Below are positions 27,454-38,800 of a stretch of DNA of 64,000 bases, piece after piece (position 1 is the stretch's first letter; each line of letters opens with the position of its first letter). The position numbers and the translations under genes are program-made. This DNA is from Rubripirellula sp. (lineage in GTDB: Bacteria; Planctomycetota; Planctomycetia; Pirellulales; Pirellulaceae): NCBI GenBank assembly GCA_965216875.1, contig OZ244207.1:3904001-3968000 (forward strand). Direction: 5' to 3'. The notes beneath the pieces are model-generated. The model made no database searches and had not been told where the DNA came from. It saw only the letters and a program-made list of their open reading frames with translations.

Positions 27454-30066
27454 TTACTGGTCGGTGTAGACCTGGGTGCTCTCTTCTTTCGTGACTGGCA
27501 CCTGTGATTGGTCACTCGCCACGACTGCCTTGACAAGGTGTGTTCCCGCCGCGACGCCTTGGACGCGGACGCGATAGGTCACATCTTTGCCTGGCTCAAG
27601 TTGCGGTTGAGTGCGGAAGACGACCAATCCGCGACCATCGGTTTGCGCATCGCCGTCAGCTTCAATCAACTGCAGCGAAGGTGGCAATTGAAGCTGGACT
27701 TGCACGTTCGAATCGGCACGTGTTCCCGAGTTCTGAACTTTGATCTCGTACATCGTTTCGCTGCCAACTTCGATCGGGCCGCCGGCATTCGTGATCGTGA
27801 AGTTCAATTCCGCGAATGCATCCACCGTGATGGCCCGTTCGTTCTTGGCGACGACATCAAGATCCGCTCGCGCTTCGATATTGATCGCGCGTTGCCCTTG
27901 TTCCACTGGCAACAACGTCAGTGGTACACGTCCGCTTTCACCTGGAGGCAATTGCGAAACGAACCACCGCACGGTGTGCCGCGAGGCATCGTAAACGCCT
28001 TCGTTTTCGGTACTGACAAAGGTAAAGCCCCGATCAAGCTGGACAGCGATTTCAACGTTGTCTGCCGGCGCCGTTCCGACGTTTGCAATCTCGAGGTAAT
28101 AGGTGGCTTGACGTTCAAGGAATCGTTTCCCTGGGCCAGCCAACACAACTTGCAGTTGCGGCGCGACCACTTCGACATTGATCGAGTGTTCTGCGGCAAG
28201 CCCGTCATCACCAACCAGACGGATGTGGTTTTGAATCATCCCCGGTTTGACCGCGCGAAGTCGCAACACCTGGCGACGCGTTTCACCAGGAGCGAGAGTG
28301 CCAATGCGGTTGTCGAGTTTGCGTCCTTTGGGATGCTCGAGTCCCTCGGGCACATCTTCTTGCAAGATGACGCCGGTTGCTTCACCGGTTCCGGGATTCG
28401 AAACTTCGAGTTCGATTTCAAGCTGTTGACCAATCAACACTTTGTCGAGCGACTTCTGGACGATCTTCAATTCGGGTCGAGTGCTGATCGTTCGCACTGA
28501 CGCAGCTGCTTCAAAGGAGACACGTGCAACGCTGCCAAGCTCTCCCTCTTGCTCAGGAACCAACTGCATCGTGACGGTTCGTTCATCGCCAGCCGCCATG
28601 GCGCCAAGTTGCCAAAGCAACATGTCGCCTTGCATGACTGGTGCGGGCGAAGCATCGATCATTCGCATTCCGGCGGGAACACGATCGTGGACTCTGACAT
28701 CGAGTGCTTCCACCGCTCCTACGTTCTTGACGTGGATCACAAAGGAAGCTGGCTTGCCAACCTTCACTTCGTTGGGAGCGCGTTTTTGAATCACGATCGA
28801 CGGCGTTTGGACACCTTCGAGACGGCGGTCTCCCGGTGCGGAGTCGGTTGTCTCTGGTTGACTCAACGTTGCCGAAGCATCGGCAGCGTAAGGCTGCATG
28901 CCACCGACCTGCATCGTGTTGGGCTGAATCGCGTTAGGTTGGGCTGTGTGTGGGAGCGTCTGAGGGTCGGCTTGCAGTTGAAGCGATTGCCCTGGCTGCG
29001 GCAAACTCGCAATCCGTGCTTCGGGTTGAGCCGCTGGGTAGGTTTGATTCGCGGGCTGATAAGCGTCCGGCTGCAATTCAGACATCGCCGATACCGATCC
29101 GGCCTCACCGCCAAATCGAACGGGAGCGTTGGGCGACGGTTGGGCGACGGCCGGATAGTCGACCGAATCGGTCAACCCGTCGGCAGTGTCGATGGTTGCG
29201 GCAGCAACGCCACCGGCAACCGCAGCAGCCGCGCCTGGTATCAAGCCGGTGTCAATGTTGGGTGCGGAGGGTTGGGCCGACAGCTCGACGTTGCCACCTT
29301 TGAATTGGGGTGCCGATGGGAATCCTGATGGGGCTTCGGTTTCTGTCGTTGCCCCGCGCATCGGATTGTCACTGCCCATTTCGGCTCGCAGCGCGTTGGG
29401 GTACTCAGGTGAGATGGCTGCCGAAGGCTCATTGGTGTCGCCCACGGCTTGACCGGCGGCGAAACCGATGGCAGCCGCACCGATCGCTGGTGCTGCCGAA
29501 GGTCCGTCGACATCATCCGATCCGGGCAATGGGGGAACGGCGAGTGGATTGAAGGCAGGTGCGTCGTCTACCACCGTCGTGTTTTCGGTTGGCATATTTG
29601 GGAGCGCCAAAGTCGCTGCTGGGCTCGCCTCGGCGGCTTCGGCTGCTCCGACGGCTTCGGCTTCGCCGGCAGTCGGCAATGCCCAGCCTGGTGCTTCCGC
29701 AGCAGAAACAACGGGCGCGTCGATCGTGTCGCCACCACCCATCGCAGGCAGGGCGAGTGTCGGAGCGTCGCCGACAGATTCTTCGGTGTGCTGGACCAAT
29801 TGGATTGCGGACCCGCGACCAAAGACATCATCGGTGTTTGGGGCGGTTTCTTCACCTAACGGCGCTGGCGAAATCTCGGCCGCAGCCAGTTCGCCACTCA
29901 CCGCAGCCAAGGGTGCTGGCGGTTGGCTTAGTGAAGGAGGTGTCGTTGCGACCCACTCTTCAGATTTCGTGTTTTGGCGGTCCTTTTGAGCCTGAGCAGC
30001 AGCAAATGCACCCAGAACGAGCGTGACCGCACCAACACCAATTCGTGCGCCTAACGAATTCATCAT
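27454..30066 (-). CDS. DUF11-repeat (OmcB-like) exported protein
   Basis: Signal/anchor, about 400 aa of low-complexity Ala/Pro/Glu sequence, then four Ig-like repeats (V.N.G...A..V.V.D.VP.G). Confidence 0.85.
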   Translation of the reverse strand: MMNSLGARIGVGAVTLVLGAFAAAQAQKDRQNTKSEEWVATTPPSLSQPPAPLAAVSGELAAAEISPAPLGEETAPNTDDVFGRGSAIQLVQHTEESVGDAPTLALPAMGGGDTIDAPVVSAAEAPGWALPTAGEAEAVGAAEAAEASPAATLALPNMPTENTTVVDDAPAFNPLAVPPLPGSDDVDGPSAAPAIGAAAIGFAAGQAVGDTNEPSAAISPEYPNALRAEMGSDNPMRGATTETEAPSGFPSAPQFKGGNVELSAQPSAPNIDTGLIPGAAAAVAGGVAAATIDTADGLTDSVDYPAVAQPSPNAPVRFGGEAGSVSAMSELQPDAYQPANQTYPAAQPEARIASLPQPGQSLQLQADPQTLPHTAQPNAIQPNTMQVGGMQPYAADASATLSQPETTDSAPGDRRLEGVQTPSIVIQKRAPNEVKVGKPASFVIHVKNVGAVEALDVRVHDRVPAGMRMIDASPAPVMQGDMLLWQLGAMAAGDERTVTMQLVPEQEGELGSVARVSFEAAASVRTISTRPELKIVQKSLDKVLIGQQLEIELEVSNPGTGEATGVILQEDVPEGLEHPKGRKLDNRIGTLAPGETRRQVLRLRAVKPGMIQNHIRLVGDDGLAAEHSINVEVVAPQLQVVLAGPGKRFLERQATYYLEIANVGTAPADNVEIAVQLDRGFTFVSTENEGVYDASRHTVRWFVSQLPPGESGRVPLTLLPVEQGQRAINIEARADLDVVAKNERAITVDAFAELNFTITNAGGPIEVGSETMYEIKVQNSGTRADSNVQVQLQLPPSLQLIEADGDAQTDGRGLVVFRTQPQLEPGKDVTYRVRVQGVAAGTHLVKAVVASDQSQVPVTKEESTQVYTDQ

Positions 30067-30347
30067 CGGAATACCTTCCTTGCAGCCCGCTGCTGTTATG
30101 CGCCGCAGCTCCAATCCGTTGGAGTCGGCGAATTCGCGGGATTTTTCCTAAAGATTTGCTTTGCATAGCAGATCTCTAACGACCAGGTGAAGGCGACTTT
30201 GAGATTTTGGCGGACCTGAATCGCGACCTCACACCCAATCCATGCCGTTTGCAAGCATGCGACGAAGGCCGAGAGAGATGGTGAAGAAAGAGCCTTACAT
30301 GATGCGAATCATGGGAATCGCAGTCGCCAAGTCGCAAGCGTCAGCAT

Positions 30348-31256
30348 TCAATCACGACGCCAAAGATGGCCAGCATCCTGTGGCTGGAAGTGCAACGTCT
30401 GCAATTGTTTTTGCAACTCGGTGCGGTCGTCATCAACGACGGTTTCGACTGAAAAGATGTGTCGCTCGGCGAGTGACTGAAGCATCGACGCGAGCAAAAA
30501 GGATTCCGCCGGCTCCAACGTGCCACGTTCGTGAGCCTCGTTCAAATCGACGAGTGCATGTGACGATTTCATGACTTCGGCCTCGGGGTCACTACACCAC
30601 AGATCGAGCGAGGTCAGGAGCGATCCACTTTTGTCGCTCAACTGGTAGCGGTCGACATCAAAATGGGCCATGGCCGAGGCCGTTCGGGGATCAGCAGAGG
30701 TCGTCGCCTGGCGGTCCATTTTGCTTGTACGACGAAGCTGCACCGCTTCCCGACTGATTGGGGGGCGATACCCTTCGGACGAGGCAACCATTCGCACCGA
30801 GCGCCGCGACACCTCAAAACCATTTTGGGTAAGCCATTGGTGACTTCGACGGTCAAATTCCGGGATGCCCACACCATGCCCGACTGGCTCGAGCCCGGCA
30901 TAGCCAAAGTGGTTGTCGCGGACGATGCCAGCGACAACCGGCTTGGGGGCCAAAGCATGAGCATGCTTGATGGCGCCGGAAAGCAATTCGTTGCCGACTT
31001 GGTCCTGGGCTTCAGGAACCACACACAACGAACAAAGGACAAAGTTCGAATCGTTGTCACAGAGATGGCAAAAACCGCTGATTCCGTTTTCTGCTTCGCT
31101 GACAATCAACAGCGATGCATCAAAAAAAGTTCTCGCAAGAAGCGCCTGTTCCATCATCGCCATGGTCACCTGGGGTGGTGGAGCCATGGTCGACCAATGA
31201 CGGATCCATACGTCGGCCAACGCCGGGACGTCGGCATTGCGAAACGTGCGAATCAT
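30348..31256 (-). CDS. GNAT-like N-acetyltransferase-fold protein
   Basis: MIRTFRNADVPALADVW and ISGFCHL...LCVVPE....VGNELL. The ORF-track extension upstream crosses a REP. Confidence 0.65.
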   Translation of the reverse strand: MIRTFRNADVPALADVWIRHWSTMAPPPQVTMAMMEQALLARTFFDASLLIVSEAENGISGFCHLCDNDSNFVLCSLCVVPEAQDQVGNELLSGAIKHAHALAPKPVVAGIVRDNHFGYAGLEPVGHGVGIPEFDRRSHQWLTQNGFEVSRRSVRMVASSEGYRPPISREAVQLRRTSKMDRQATTSADPRTASAMAHFDVDRYQLSDKSGSLLTSLDLWCSDPEAEVMKSSHALVDLNEAHERGTLEPAESFLLASMLQSLAERHIFSVETVVDDDRTELQKQLQTLHFQPQDAGHLWRRD

Positions 31257-31533
31257 ATTCACAGCAGCAAGTCTCGGTTCGTCATTCGCCAACAAGAAAC
31301 GGGGCATTGGCGGTCGGGGCACTCCCCAATCATGCCACATTGTTGCCACCGAAAGAAGGCCTGCGGTTACATGAAGCAGGAGACGCGAGGATTCCGCGTA
31401 GGCCAGATCAAGGCGCGACAGAGACGCGGATCCGGCACCACACACTCCACCGCAAACCTGGCGTGCGTAGCTACGGTTGGCAACGCCAGCTAGAATCTTC
31501 GCCCCTCGCGAATTTCCCGACACGCTTCATCCC

Positions 31534-32142
31534 ATGCCCGCATCCAACGCCAAACAGCCGGCCGAAAAACTGCCAAGTGACAATCGCGCAGGGCAGGGTG
31601 GAATCCTCTTTTTGGTGTCGCTGCTGATTTTCTTTTTGGCCAGCATCTGCCTCTATGGGCTTTACGCGTATTGGCGGCGTGACGCCCCCCAATCGACCAC
31701 GCCACTTCCCAATCAATTCCTCTTCAGCACGATCTGTCTGCTCGGAATCAGCGGGCTGGTCCATTGGGCGACGCGAATGGTTCGCCGCGACCGCCTTTCA
31801 AACACCGGCAAACTGCTTGGAATCAGTGCACTGTTGGCACTCATGTTCATGGCCGTCCAAGTGCTTGCGATGAGCGAATTGTTGCAAAGCCGAGCCAATT
31901 CGGCTGGCCTTGGCTACGGCGTGGCTGGGATGATCGTCGTCCTTGCCGTGCTGCACGGTCTTCATGTGTTGGGGGGAGTGGTCGCACTCTTTGTGGTCGC
32001 AGCCGGAGCGTTCATTGGTCGATACGACCACGAGCGTCATTGGCCCATCGACTTCACCGCCCACTATTGGCATTTTCTCGATATCGTTTGGCTGTGCATG
32101 CTCGTCGCCTTCTGGCTCACCAGCGGCGGGTTTGAGTTTTAG
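31534..32142 (+). CDS. Heme-copper oxidase subunit III family protein
   Basis: Five TM helices, LHGLHVLGG and YWHFLDIVW. Confidence 0.9.
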   Translation: MPASNAKQPAEKLPSDNRAGQGGILFLVSLLIFFLASICLYGLYAYWRRDAPQSTTPLPNQFLFSTICLLGISGLVHWATRMVRRDRLSNTGKLLGISALLALMFMAVQVLAMSELLQSRANSAGLGYGVAGMIVVLAVLHGLHVLGGVVALFVVAAGAFIGRYDHERHWPIDFTAHYWHFLDIVWLCMLVAFWLTSGGFEF

Positions 32143-32151
32143 TGAAAGAGA

Positions 32152-32292
32152 GAGAGTCGCCTTTTGCTCGGCGGGCCGTAGCTACCTTCGCCAAAAGGTG
32201 GTCGTGCTGGTAGGCCGTCTTCCACTGCACCACGCTCTGGCGAGCGTAGCTACGGAAGTAAGGCCCGACGCTATCTAGCGCGTTCGGGTCAC
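32152..32292. repeat. REP mosaic between convergent genes
   Basis: Family H remnant at 32152-32172, family C doublet at 32178-32253, and inverted D1 at 32262-32292. Confidence 0.8.
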
Positions 32293-32353
32293 GAAAAAAC
32301 GCCTCGATGGACTCCCACCGAGGCGTTGATGTCTTGAACACGATCACCGGAAA

Positions 32354-33271
32354 CTAGTTGACCGGATTTGGTTCGTAAGGAATGTCCTCAATCAGATCCA
32401 TTGGCAATGGAGCGACGTGAAGACCGGCTTCTTTCGAGATTCCATCAACGGCTTCTTGAGCCTTTTGAACGATACTCTCGCGAGTCGTGCCTTTGTAAAG
32501 CGTCGAAGAAGCGCCGGGGCTAACCGGACCATCAAAACCGATGGTTTCGAGGTGCTTGATCAGCTTGACGTGATTCAGCGGTCCTTCCTGTTCGGGCAGG
32601 GCGCGATCGATGGTCGTCGCTTTGGTTGCATCGACGTCCTCAGGCACCGAAGCCAAACGCACCGCGACAATCTTGTCAGCGGGGATTTCGCTGATTTGAT
32701 CCATGGCACCGTCGCCAACGACCCAATCCCATGTGTCGATCAGGTAGCCAACGTTGTCGCTCGCAACCGCGTTGACGAACGAAATGAAGCCTTCGACGTT
32801 ACGGACAAACGCGAATTCTTTGCCCTCTTCCAGCTCTTTGCCGGCCGAGAATCCGATGCCGAGCTTGATTTCGCGCGTTTGCAAGGTCGTCGCGATTTGT
32901 GCCAAACGCTCACGCTGTGTTTCGAAGTACTCGTGGAAAGGCAGACGATCCGTCGCGGCGGGCAAGCGAACGTAGCATCGGTTGACGCCCAGTTCGCGAG
33001 CCAAGTCGGCGATCGGATGCAGCGTTCCTACTTGAGCGATGAATGCGTCATCATCCGCATCGAGATCGACGTCGAGGTCGAAACCGCCGACTTGAATCTT
33101 GGCGGCGTTGAGGTACTTCGCAGCATCTTCGCTCGAGCTGCGCTGTGCACGACGCAACATTTCGGACATGTCGACGTCCATGCCACTGAAGGCATAGGTC
33201 AGCGCAAGTTCGATCAGTTCGCTTTGGCGACCGTTGATGCCAAGTGCGGTGGGGGAAAAGTTTTTAAACAT
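32354..33271 (-). CDS. Sugar-phosphate isomerase/epimerase-like TIM barrel
   Basis: ELIELALTYAFSGMDV, ARELGV, NVGYLIDTW and IGFDGPVS. Likely start MFKNF at 33271. Confidence 0.8.
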   Translation of the reverse strand: MFKNFSPTALGINGRQSELIELALTYAFSGMDVDMSEMLRRAQRSSSEDAAKYLNAAKIQVGGFDLDVDLDADDDAFIAQVGTLHPIADLARELGVNRCYVRLPAATDRLPFHEYFETQRERLAQIATTLQTREIKLGIGFSAGKELEEGKEFAFVRNVEGFISFVNAVASDNVGYLIDTWDWVVGDGAMDQISEIPADKIVAVRLASVPEDVDATKATTIDRALPEQEGPLNHVKLIKHLETIGFDGPVSPGASSTLYKGTTRESIVQKAQEAVDGISKEAGLHVAPLPMDLIEDIPYEPNPVN

Positions 33272-33674
33272 GGAATGGCTTTCAAGGAAATGGTTCAGGT
33301 TGAATGGGACTCTCAAACGTCCATCACGGGATCGCGCGGGTCACTTTCCAGACTTCCCTCGGCCCACACGCAACGCCATCGCGTCGATGAGGGAGGGGGA
33401 CTCAAATCGGACAGACTTCACCACACGTTCCAGCCATCTCGGGAATCGTCATCCATCGTGGATGACGATCGAGCATGGGAAAAACTGCTGGACGTTATTG
33501 GGTGTGGTCGACATCTGGCACCGGTCAACCGATCGCCACACCATCGTTTGCGGTGGGATTTTGAGTGTTGGGTCCTGTTCTCGAAGGCAAGAGTATCGCA
33601 GAATCACCCTCGGCTAGCCAAGGGGCGTTTCCTCGGCACCCACCCCCGCAAACCAACAAAAAGCGACTCATCGC

Positions 33675-34490
33675 GTGCCAGAGTTGAGTGGAACGACCGA
33701 GGGCGAAATCGAACCGACCGTGATTTTCCTCGGTACCGGCACCAGCGTTGGCGTGCCAGCGATCGGGTGCGATTGCGCCGTTTGCCAAAGCGACGACCCG
33801 CGAAACAACCGGACGCGCAGCTCGATCGTGTTCCAACTGCCCCAAGGCAATCTGCTCGTCGACACCTCGCCCGATCTGCGTACCCAACTGCTGCGGGAAC
33901 GAATCCCACTGATTCACGCCGTCCTGTACACCCACGAGCACGCCGACCACCTCTTTGGCCTCGACGACCTGCGGCTCTTTCCATTTCGCTTAGGAACGCC
34001 CGTCCCGCTCTACTGCGAAGACCAGGTCGAGAAGAGGATTCGCCAATCGTTTGATTACGCGTTTCGAGATCACGAACCGACGCATCCGGGCGCAACGCCA
34101 CAGCTCGAGTTTCGCTCGATTCACCATGCCCCCTTCGAAGCGCTCGGTGTGAAGGTGACGCCGATCCCGATGAAACATGGCCCGCGGTTCGACGTCCTCG
34201 GCTTTCGCATCGGGGATTTCGCCTACTGCACCGACACCAACCACATTCCCGAGTCCTCGATGGAATTGCTTGAAGGTCTCGACACGCTCGTGCTCGGAGC
34301 GCTGCGCCTTTCGCCTCATCCAACGCACTTCAATTTGGAACAAGCGTTGGAGGTGACCGAAAAGCTAAACCCGAGCAAAGCCTACTTCACGCACGTTTGC
34401 CACGACCTCGATCACGCCCCAACAAGCGAGTGGCTTCCAGACGGAATCGAACTGGCCTACGACGGCTTGCGAGTGCCGTTTTCGATTTAG
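33675..34490 (+). CDS. PhnP-like metallo-beta-lactamase-fold hydrolase
   Basis: LGTGTS.GVP.IGC.C.VC, THEHADH, AYCTD and HPTH. Confidence 0.92.
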   Translation: MPELSGTTEGEIEPTVIFLGTGTSVGVPAIGCDCAVCQSDDPRNNRTRSSIVFQLPQGNLLVDTSPDLRTQLLRERIPLIHAVLYTHEHADHLFGLDDLRLFPFRLGTPVPLYCEDQVEKRIRQSFDYAFRDHEPTHPGATPQLEFRSIHHAPFEALGVKVTPIPMKHGPRFDVLGFRIGDFAYCTDTNHIPESSMELLEGLDTLVLGALRLSPHPTHFNLEQALEVTEKLNPSKAYFTHVCHDLDHAPTSEWLPDGIELAYDGLRVPFSI

Positions 34491-34589
34491 GTAGATCGCG
34501 CACTCCCGTTTTTCCGTCCCCAATCCCGCGCACCATTTTTCTGCCCCGAATCTTTTTGCCCCTCTTCGATGGCGCGTGATCAATTGGGT

Positions 34590-35519
34590 CTAACGGCGGT
34601 TGCTCAATTTACGAACCGGTCCGTCGCGATAACCGGGATAGCGACGCAATGCCTTTTGAGTCGCTTCCAGACTGCTGCGTCCCGTTTCGACGACCCAAAT
34701 CGGCGGATTGGGATTCCCTTGAACTGGATAGAGGCTGACTTCCCAAGCTGAGGTGATGCCAGCCTGGATCGCTTGCATCTCAAGGTTCATCAACGCAATC
34801 TGTCGATCGTATTGTTGATTGCGTTGGTACGCGGCCGCTTGGTTTTGCAAACGGAATGCATGGTCATCGTGTTTGTCGTAGTCTTCGCGATCCTTCAACC
34901 ACTGCTGCCAACCGGGTCGAAGCACCGCTTGGTCTTTCTGCGAAAGCAAGAAAAAGGGGACGCCATATTCATCACCATTCTCGAGTTCGATCATCACCCC
35001 CTCGAGACTGAAGGTACGCGGTTGTCCCGCCTGCAAACGCAGCCAACGATCGGTGCCAATCTCTTCCGCTTTGCTTGCCGGTTCAAAGTGCTGAATGATC
35101 TTGGGCAACATCTTCTGATAGATCTCAGGAAGATTGTTGACCAATTGATTGTTTGCATAGGAGCGACCACGGCGTGCCTGAAGCACGATGTCGGCTTTGG
35201 CGAAATCGACGATGCGGCCGGGCACCTTCAGGCCATCACTCATCGTCCACAATTGCGTGGCGTTGAGATTGTCGTTGCTGAGCTGTTGGGCTTCCTTCGA
35301 CTTCAGGTACTCGTGATCACGTTGTGACAACTTATTGCGTGGAAACGCGCCAAGTTCTTTGTTGTCGGTACGTTGCAGGATCACGTGCTCGTCATCGAAT
35401 CCGACCAGATCGGCGTCCAGCGAATACAAACCGGTCACGTCTTTCCATTCACGACCATGGGCGTCCGCCGAGACGGCGGCCATCGCGAGCAGGATGACAA
35501 GTGAATGGGCCAATCGCAT
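34590..35519 (-). CDS. Exported SHD1-domain protein
   Basis: Signal peptide followed by REWKDVTG.YSLDA...LSQRDHEYL; a second SHD1-like end at LSQKDQAVL. Confidence 0.8.
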   Translation of the reverse strand: MRLAHSLVILLAMAAVSADAHGREWKDVTGLYSLDADLVGFDDEHVILQRTDNKELGAFPRNKLSQRDHEYLKSKEAQQLSNDNLNATQLWTMSDGLKVPGRIVDFAKADIVLQARRGRSYANNQLVNNLPEIYQKMLPKIIQHFEPASKAEEIGTDRWLRLQAGQPRTFSLEGVMIELENGDEYGVPFFLLSQKDQAVLRPGWQQWLKDREDYDKHDDHAFRLQNQAAAYQRNQQYDRQIALMNLEMQAIQAGITSAWEVSLYPVQGNPNPPIWVVETGRSSLEATQKALRRYPGYRDGPVRKLSNRR

Positions 35520-35813
35520 AGAAGCATCCCCGGGGTTGCGTTTTCAAGTCAAATTAGAAGTCTCACCTAGAATACAAGGTCATCGCGAAGGCTCAACTCA
35601 TCAAACCCCTCGGCTAGGGCAGTTTCTGCCAATCGGCCAGCGATCAACCGAGCGGGGGAGGAGGCGACTGTCCGGTGTGCTGGCAACATGGAGTGATATT
35701 CGCCCCGTTTTCGCCTGCAATCGGCGTGCAACTTCACTATTTTGGTGTAGTCGCGTGGCTTCCAAACCATGCTCGCCCCCACCCTATCTCTCTCCTCATC
35801 TCTTCTTTTTTGC

Positions 35814-38800
35814 ATGGTCCGCCCTAGCAACCGCTGCCGCGCGCGGCGCCGTCGGCGTCAACGCATCCTGAAATCGGAAAGGCTGGAAAACCGCGAGCTG
35901 CTCGCCGCCGACGTTCGCCTCAACGAATTCCTCGCCTCGAACGACCAAGGGCTATTCGACGGAAATGGCAATCAGCCCGATTGGATTGAGTTGACCAACG
36001 TTGGCGACCAGCTTGCCGACCTGGCGGGCTGGCATCTGACCGATGACGCGACCAACCTCAACAAGTGGACTTTCCCGGACGTTGCGGCCTCCGATTTGAT
36101 GCCCGGCGATTTCCTGGTCGTTTTTGCGTCGGGTGATGGCACGCCCGACCTGGCCGGCAATTTGCACACCAACTTCGAACTCAGTGCCTCCGGTGAATAC
36201 CTCGCGTTGGTCGACCCGCTGCTGAACATCGTCAGCGAATTCGGAACTGGCCAGTCGGATTATCCGCCGCAGCGCACCGACATCTCGTACGGCATCGATT
36301 CGACGCAAAACACTCGGTACATGCTCACTCCGACGCCGGGATCAGCTAATGGCATCGGCTTCGAAGGTTTTGTCAAAGACACGACCTTCAGCGTTGACCG
36401 CGGCTACTTCGTCTCGGCGTTTGATGTCGTGATCGCTTCCGACACCGTCGACGCCACCATCATCTACACCACCGACGGCAGTGAGCCGACATTGACCAAC
36501 GGGACGCAGGTCGCCTCGAGCCCCGGACTGACACCGTCGGCGACCGTTCCGATCGCGACCACGACCACTTTGCGCGCTGCCGCATTCAAAACCGATTTCC
36601 TCGAGACCAATGTCGACACGCAAACGTATCTGTTTCTTGCCGACGTTGGCTCTCAGTCGAACACACCCACCGGCTTCCCAACCACCTGGGGCAGCGCGCC
36701 GGCGGCCGACTACGAAATGGATCCGGAGATCGTTACTAGCTATGGCCAAGAACTGATCGATGCGTTGGGAGACCTACCCGCACTTTCGATCGCGACCGAT
36801 GTCGATGGCCTCTTCGGCGGTGGCGGGATCTACAGCAATCCAACCAACAGCAACCTCGAGATCCCGGTTTCGGCCGAATACATCCTTACCGATGGCTCGA
36901 CCGGATTCCAAATCGATGCCGGGCTGAAGATCGCCGGAGGTGCTAGCCGCAATCCGAACAACTCGCCCAAACACTCAATGAGCCTGCGCTTCCGCAACGA
37001 GTATGGTGCATCGCGGTTGGAATATGAAATGTTTGAAGGCTCGCCGGTGACAAGCTTCAACAGCTTGCAGCTGCGCGCGATGTACAACAACTCTTGGATC
37101 CACTGGGACAATGGTCAACGCAGTCGTGGCACTTTGATTCGCGACCAATTCATCCGTGACTCGTTGATCGCTGCCGGACAAGATGATGCGGGACGCGGCT
37201 CGTACGCACACCTCTTTCTTAACGGGCTGTATTGGGGCGTTTACAACGTGCACGAAAGGCACGACGCGGCCCACTACGCCGAGTATCACGGCGGAAACTC
37301 CGAAGACTACGACGCGCTCAACGGCGGGGCGCCGATCGACGGCAATATCACATCCTGGAACCAACTCAAAACGATCGTTCAAGGCGGCGACTGGAACGCA
37401 ATTCAGCAAGTCCTTGATGTCGACAATTTCATCGATTGGTCGATTGCCATGGCGTTCGGAGGTAACGCTGACCTCAAGACCAACGGAAACTGGCGTGCCG
37501 CCGGCGGCGGACCCGCTGGAGGGCTTTGGCGCATGTATTCCTGGGACGCCGAGCGGATCTTCGAGGGTCTGACGGCGAAACCACCGAGCACCATCACCGA
37601 TGCGACCGGGATGTTCAACGACTTGGTTCAGGTCCCTGAGTTTGTCGTCCGCTTTGGCGACCGCATCCAAGAGCACTTCTTTGCCGATGGCGCGTTGACA
37701 CCAGAAAAGGTGATCCAGCGCTGGGAACAACGGGTCGACGAACTCTCCAAAGCCATGGTCGCTGAATCCGCTCGTTGGGGGGACTACCGGCGAGACGTCC
37801 ATCCGCGCGGCGCGACGCCGTCGCTGTACGAGCGCGACGTGCACTGGAACAACGAGAATACCCGCCTGCTAAACGACTACCTGCCGTTTCGATCCGATTT
37901 CGTCGTCTCCCAATACATCAACGACGGCCTGATGCCGTCCGTTCCCGCGCCTCGGTTTTCTGTCGACGGCACGTTCCAAGATGGCGGTCAAGTCATCGCG
38001 GGAAGCGAGCTTCGACTGATCAGCAACGAAGCCTCCGTCTTCTACACGACCGATGGCAGTGATCCACGTCAGGTCGGTGGTGCTCCCCACCCCGGCGCGA
38101 CGGAGTATCAACCCAACGTCACCGCGACAACGTTGTTGGCAGCCGACTCGGTTTGGAAATATCACGATCTCGGAATTGATCTTGGCCAAGCCTGGCGAGA
38201 ACCGAGTTTTGACGATTCATCGTGGTCGGCTGGAAATGCCGAGCTCGGCTTTGGCGAAGGGGACGAGGCAACCGTGGTTTCGTTCGGCGGCGATCCGTCA
38301 ATGAAACATCGCACCACCTATTTCCGATCCCAATTCAATGCCAGCGCAAACGACCTTACGGCACTAACCCTGCGTCTGAGACGTGATGATGGTGCCGTGG
38401 TTTACCTTAATGGTCAAGAAATCGTTCGCGATAATATGCCGCCCGGAAGCATCACCTACTCGACGGCCGCGCTGCAAGCGGCGCCCGACGATGGCAACAC
38501 TTGGCTGCTTTTCGACGTGCCTTCCGAACTGATTCAGTTGGGCAGCAACACGCTTGCCGTTGAAATTCACCAAAACAGCAACACGAGCAGCGACCTCAGC
38601 TTCAATGCCGAACTGATTGCTACCGAGCAAACGGAAACTCCGATCGTCCTCAACGATTCACTATCCATTCGAGCGAGGACACGCGCAGCCGATGGCACCT
38701 GGTCGGCCATCACCGATTCATTGTTCCTGGTGCCACACGTCCCCGCTTCAGCGGTCAATTTGCGAATCACCGAGATCCACTTCAATCCGCGCGACGATGG

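Noticed and set aside
32417..34054. 545-aa plus-strand ORF, and similar long antisense ORFs (3800-5212, 27508-28500, 49448-50443, 51093-52325)
   Set aside because: Shadow frames of well-supported genes, expected from GC-rich codon bias.
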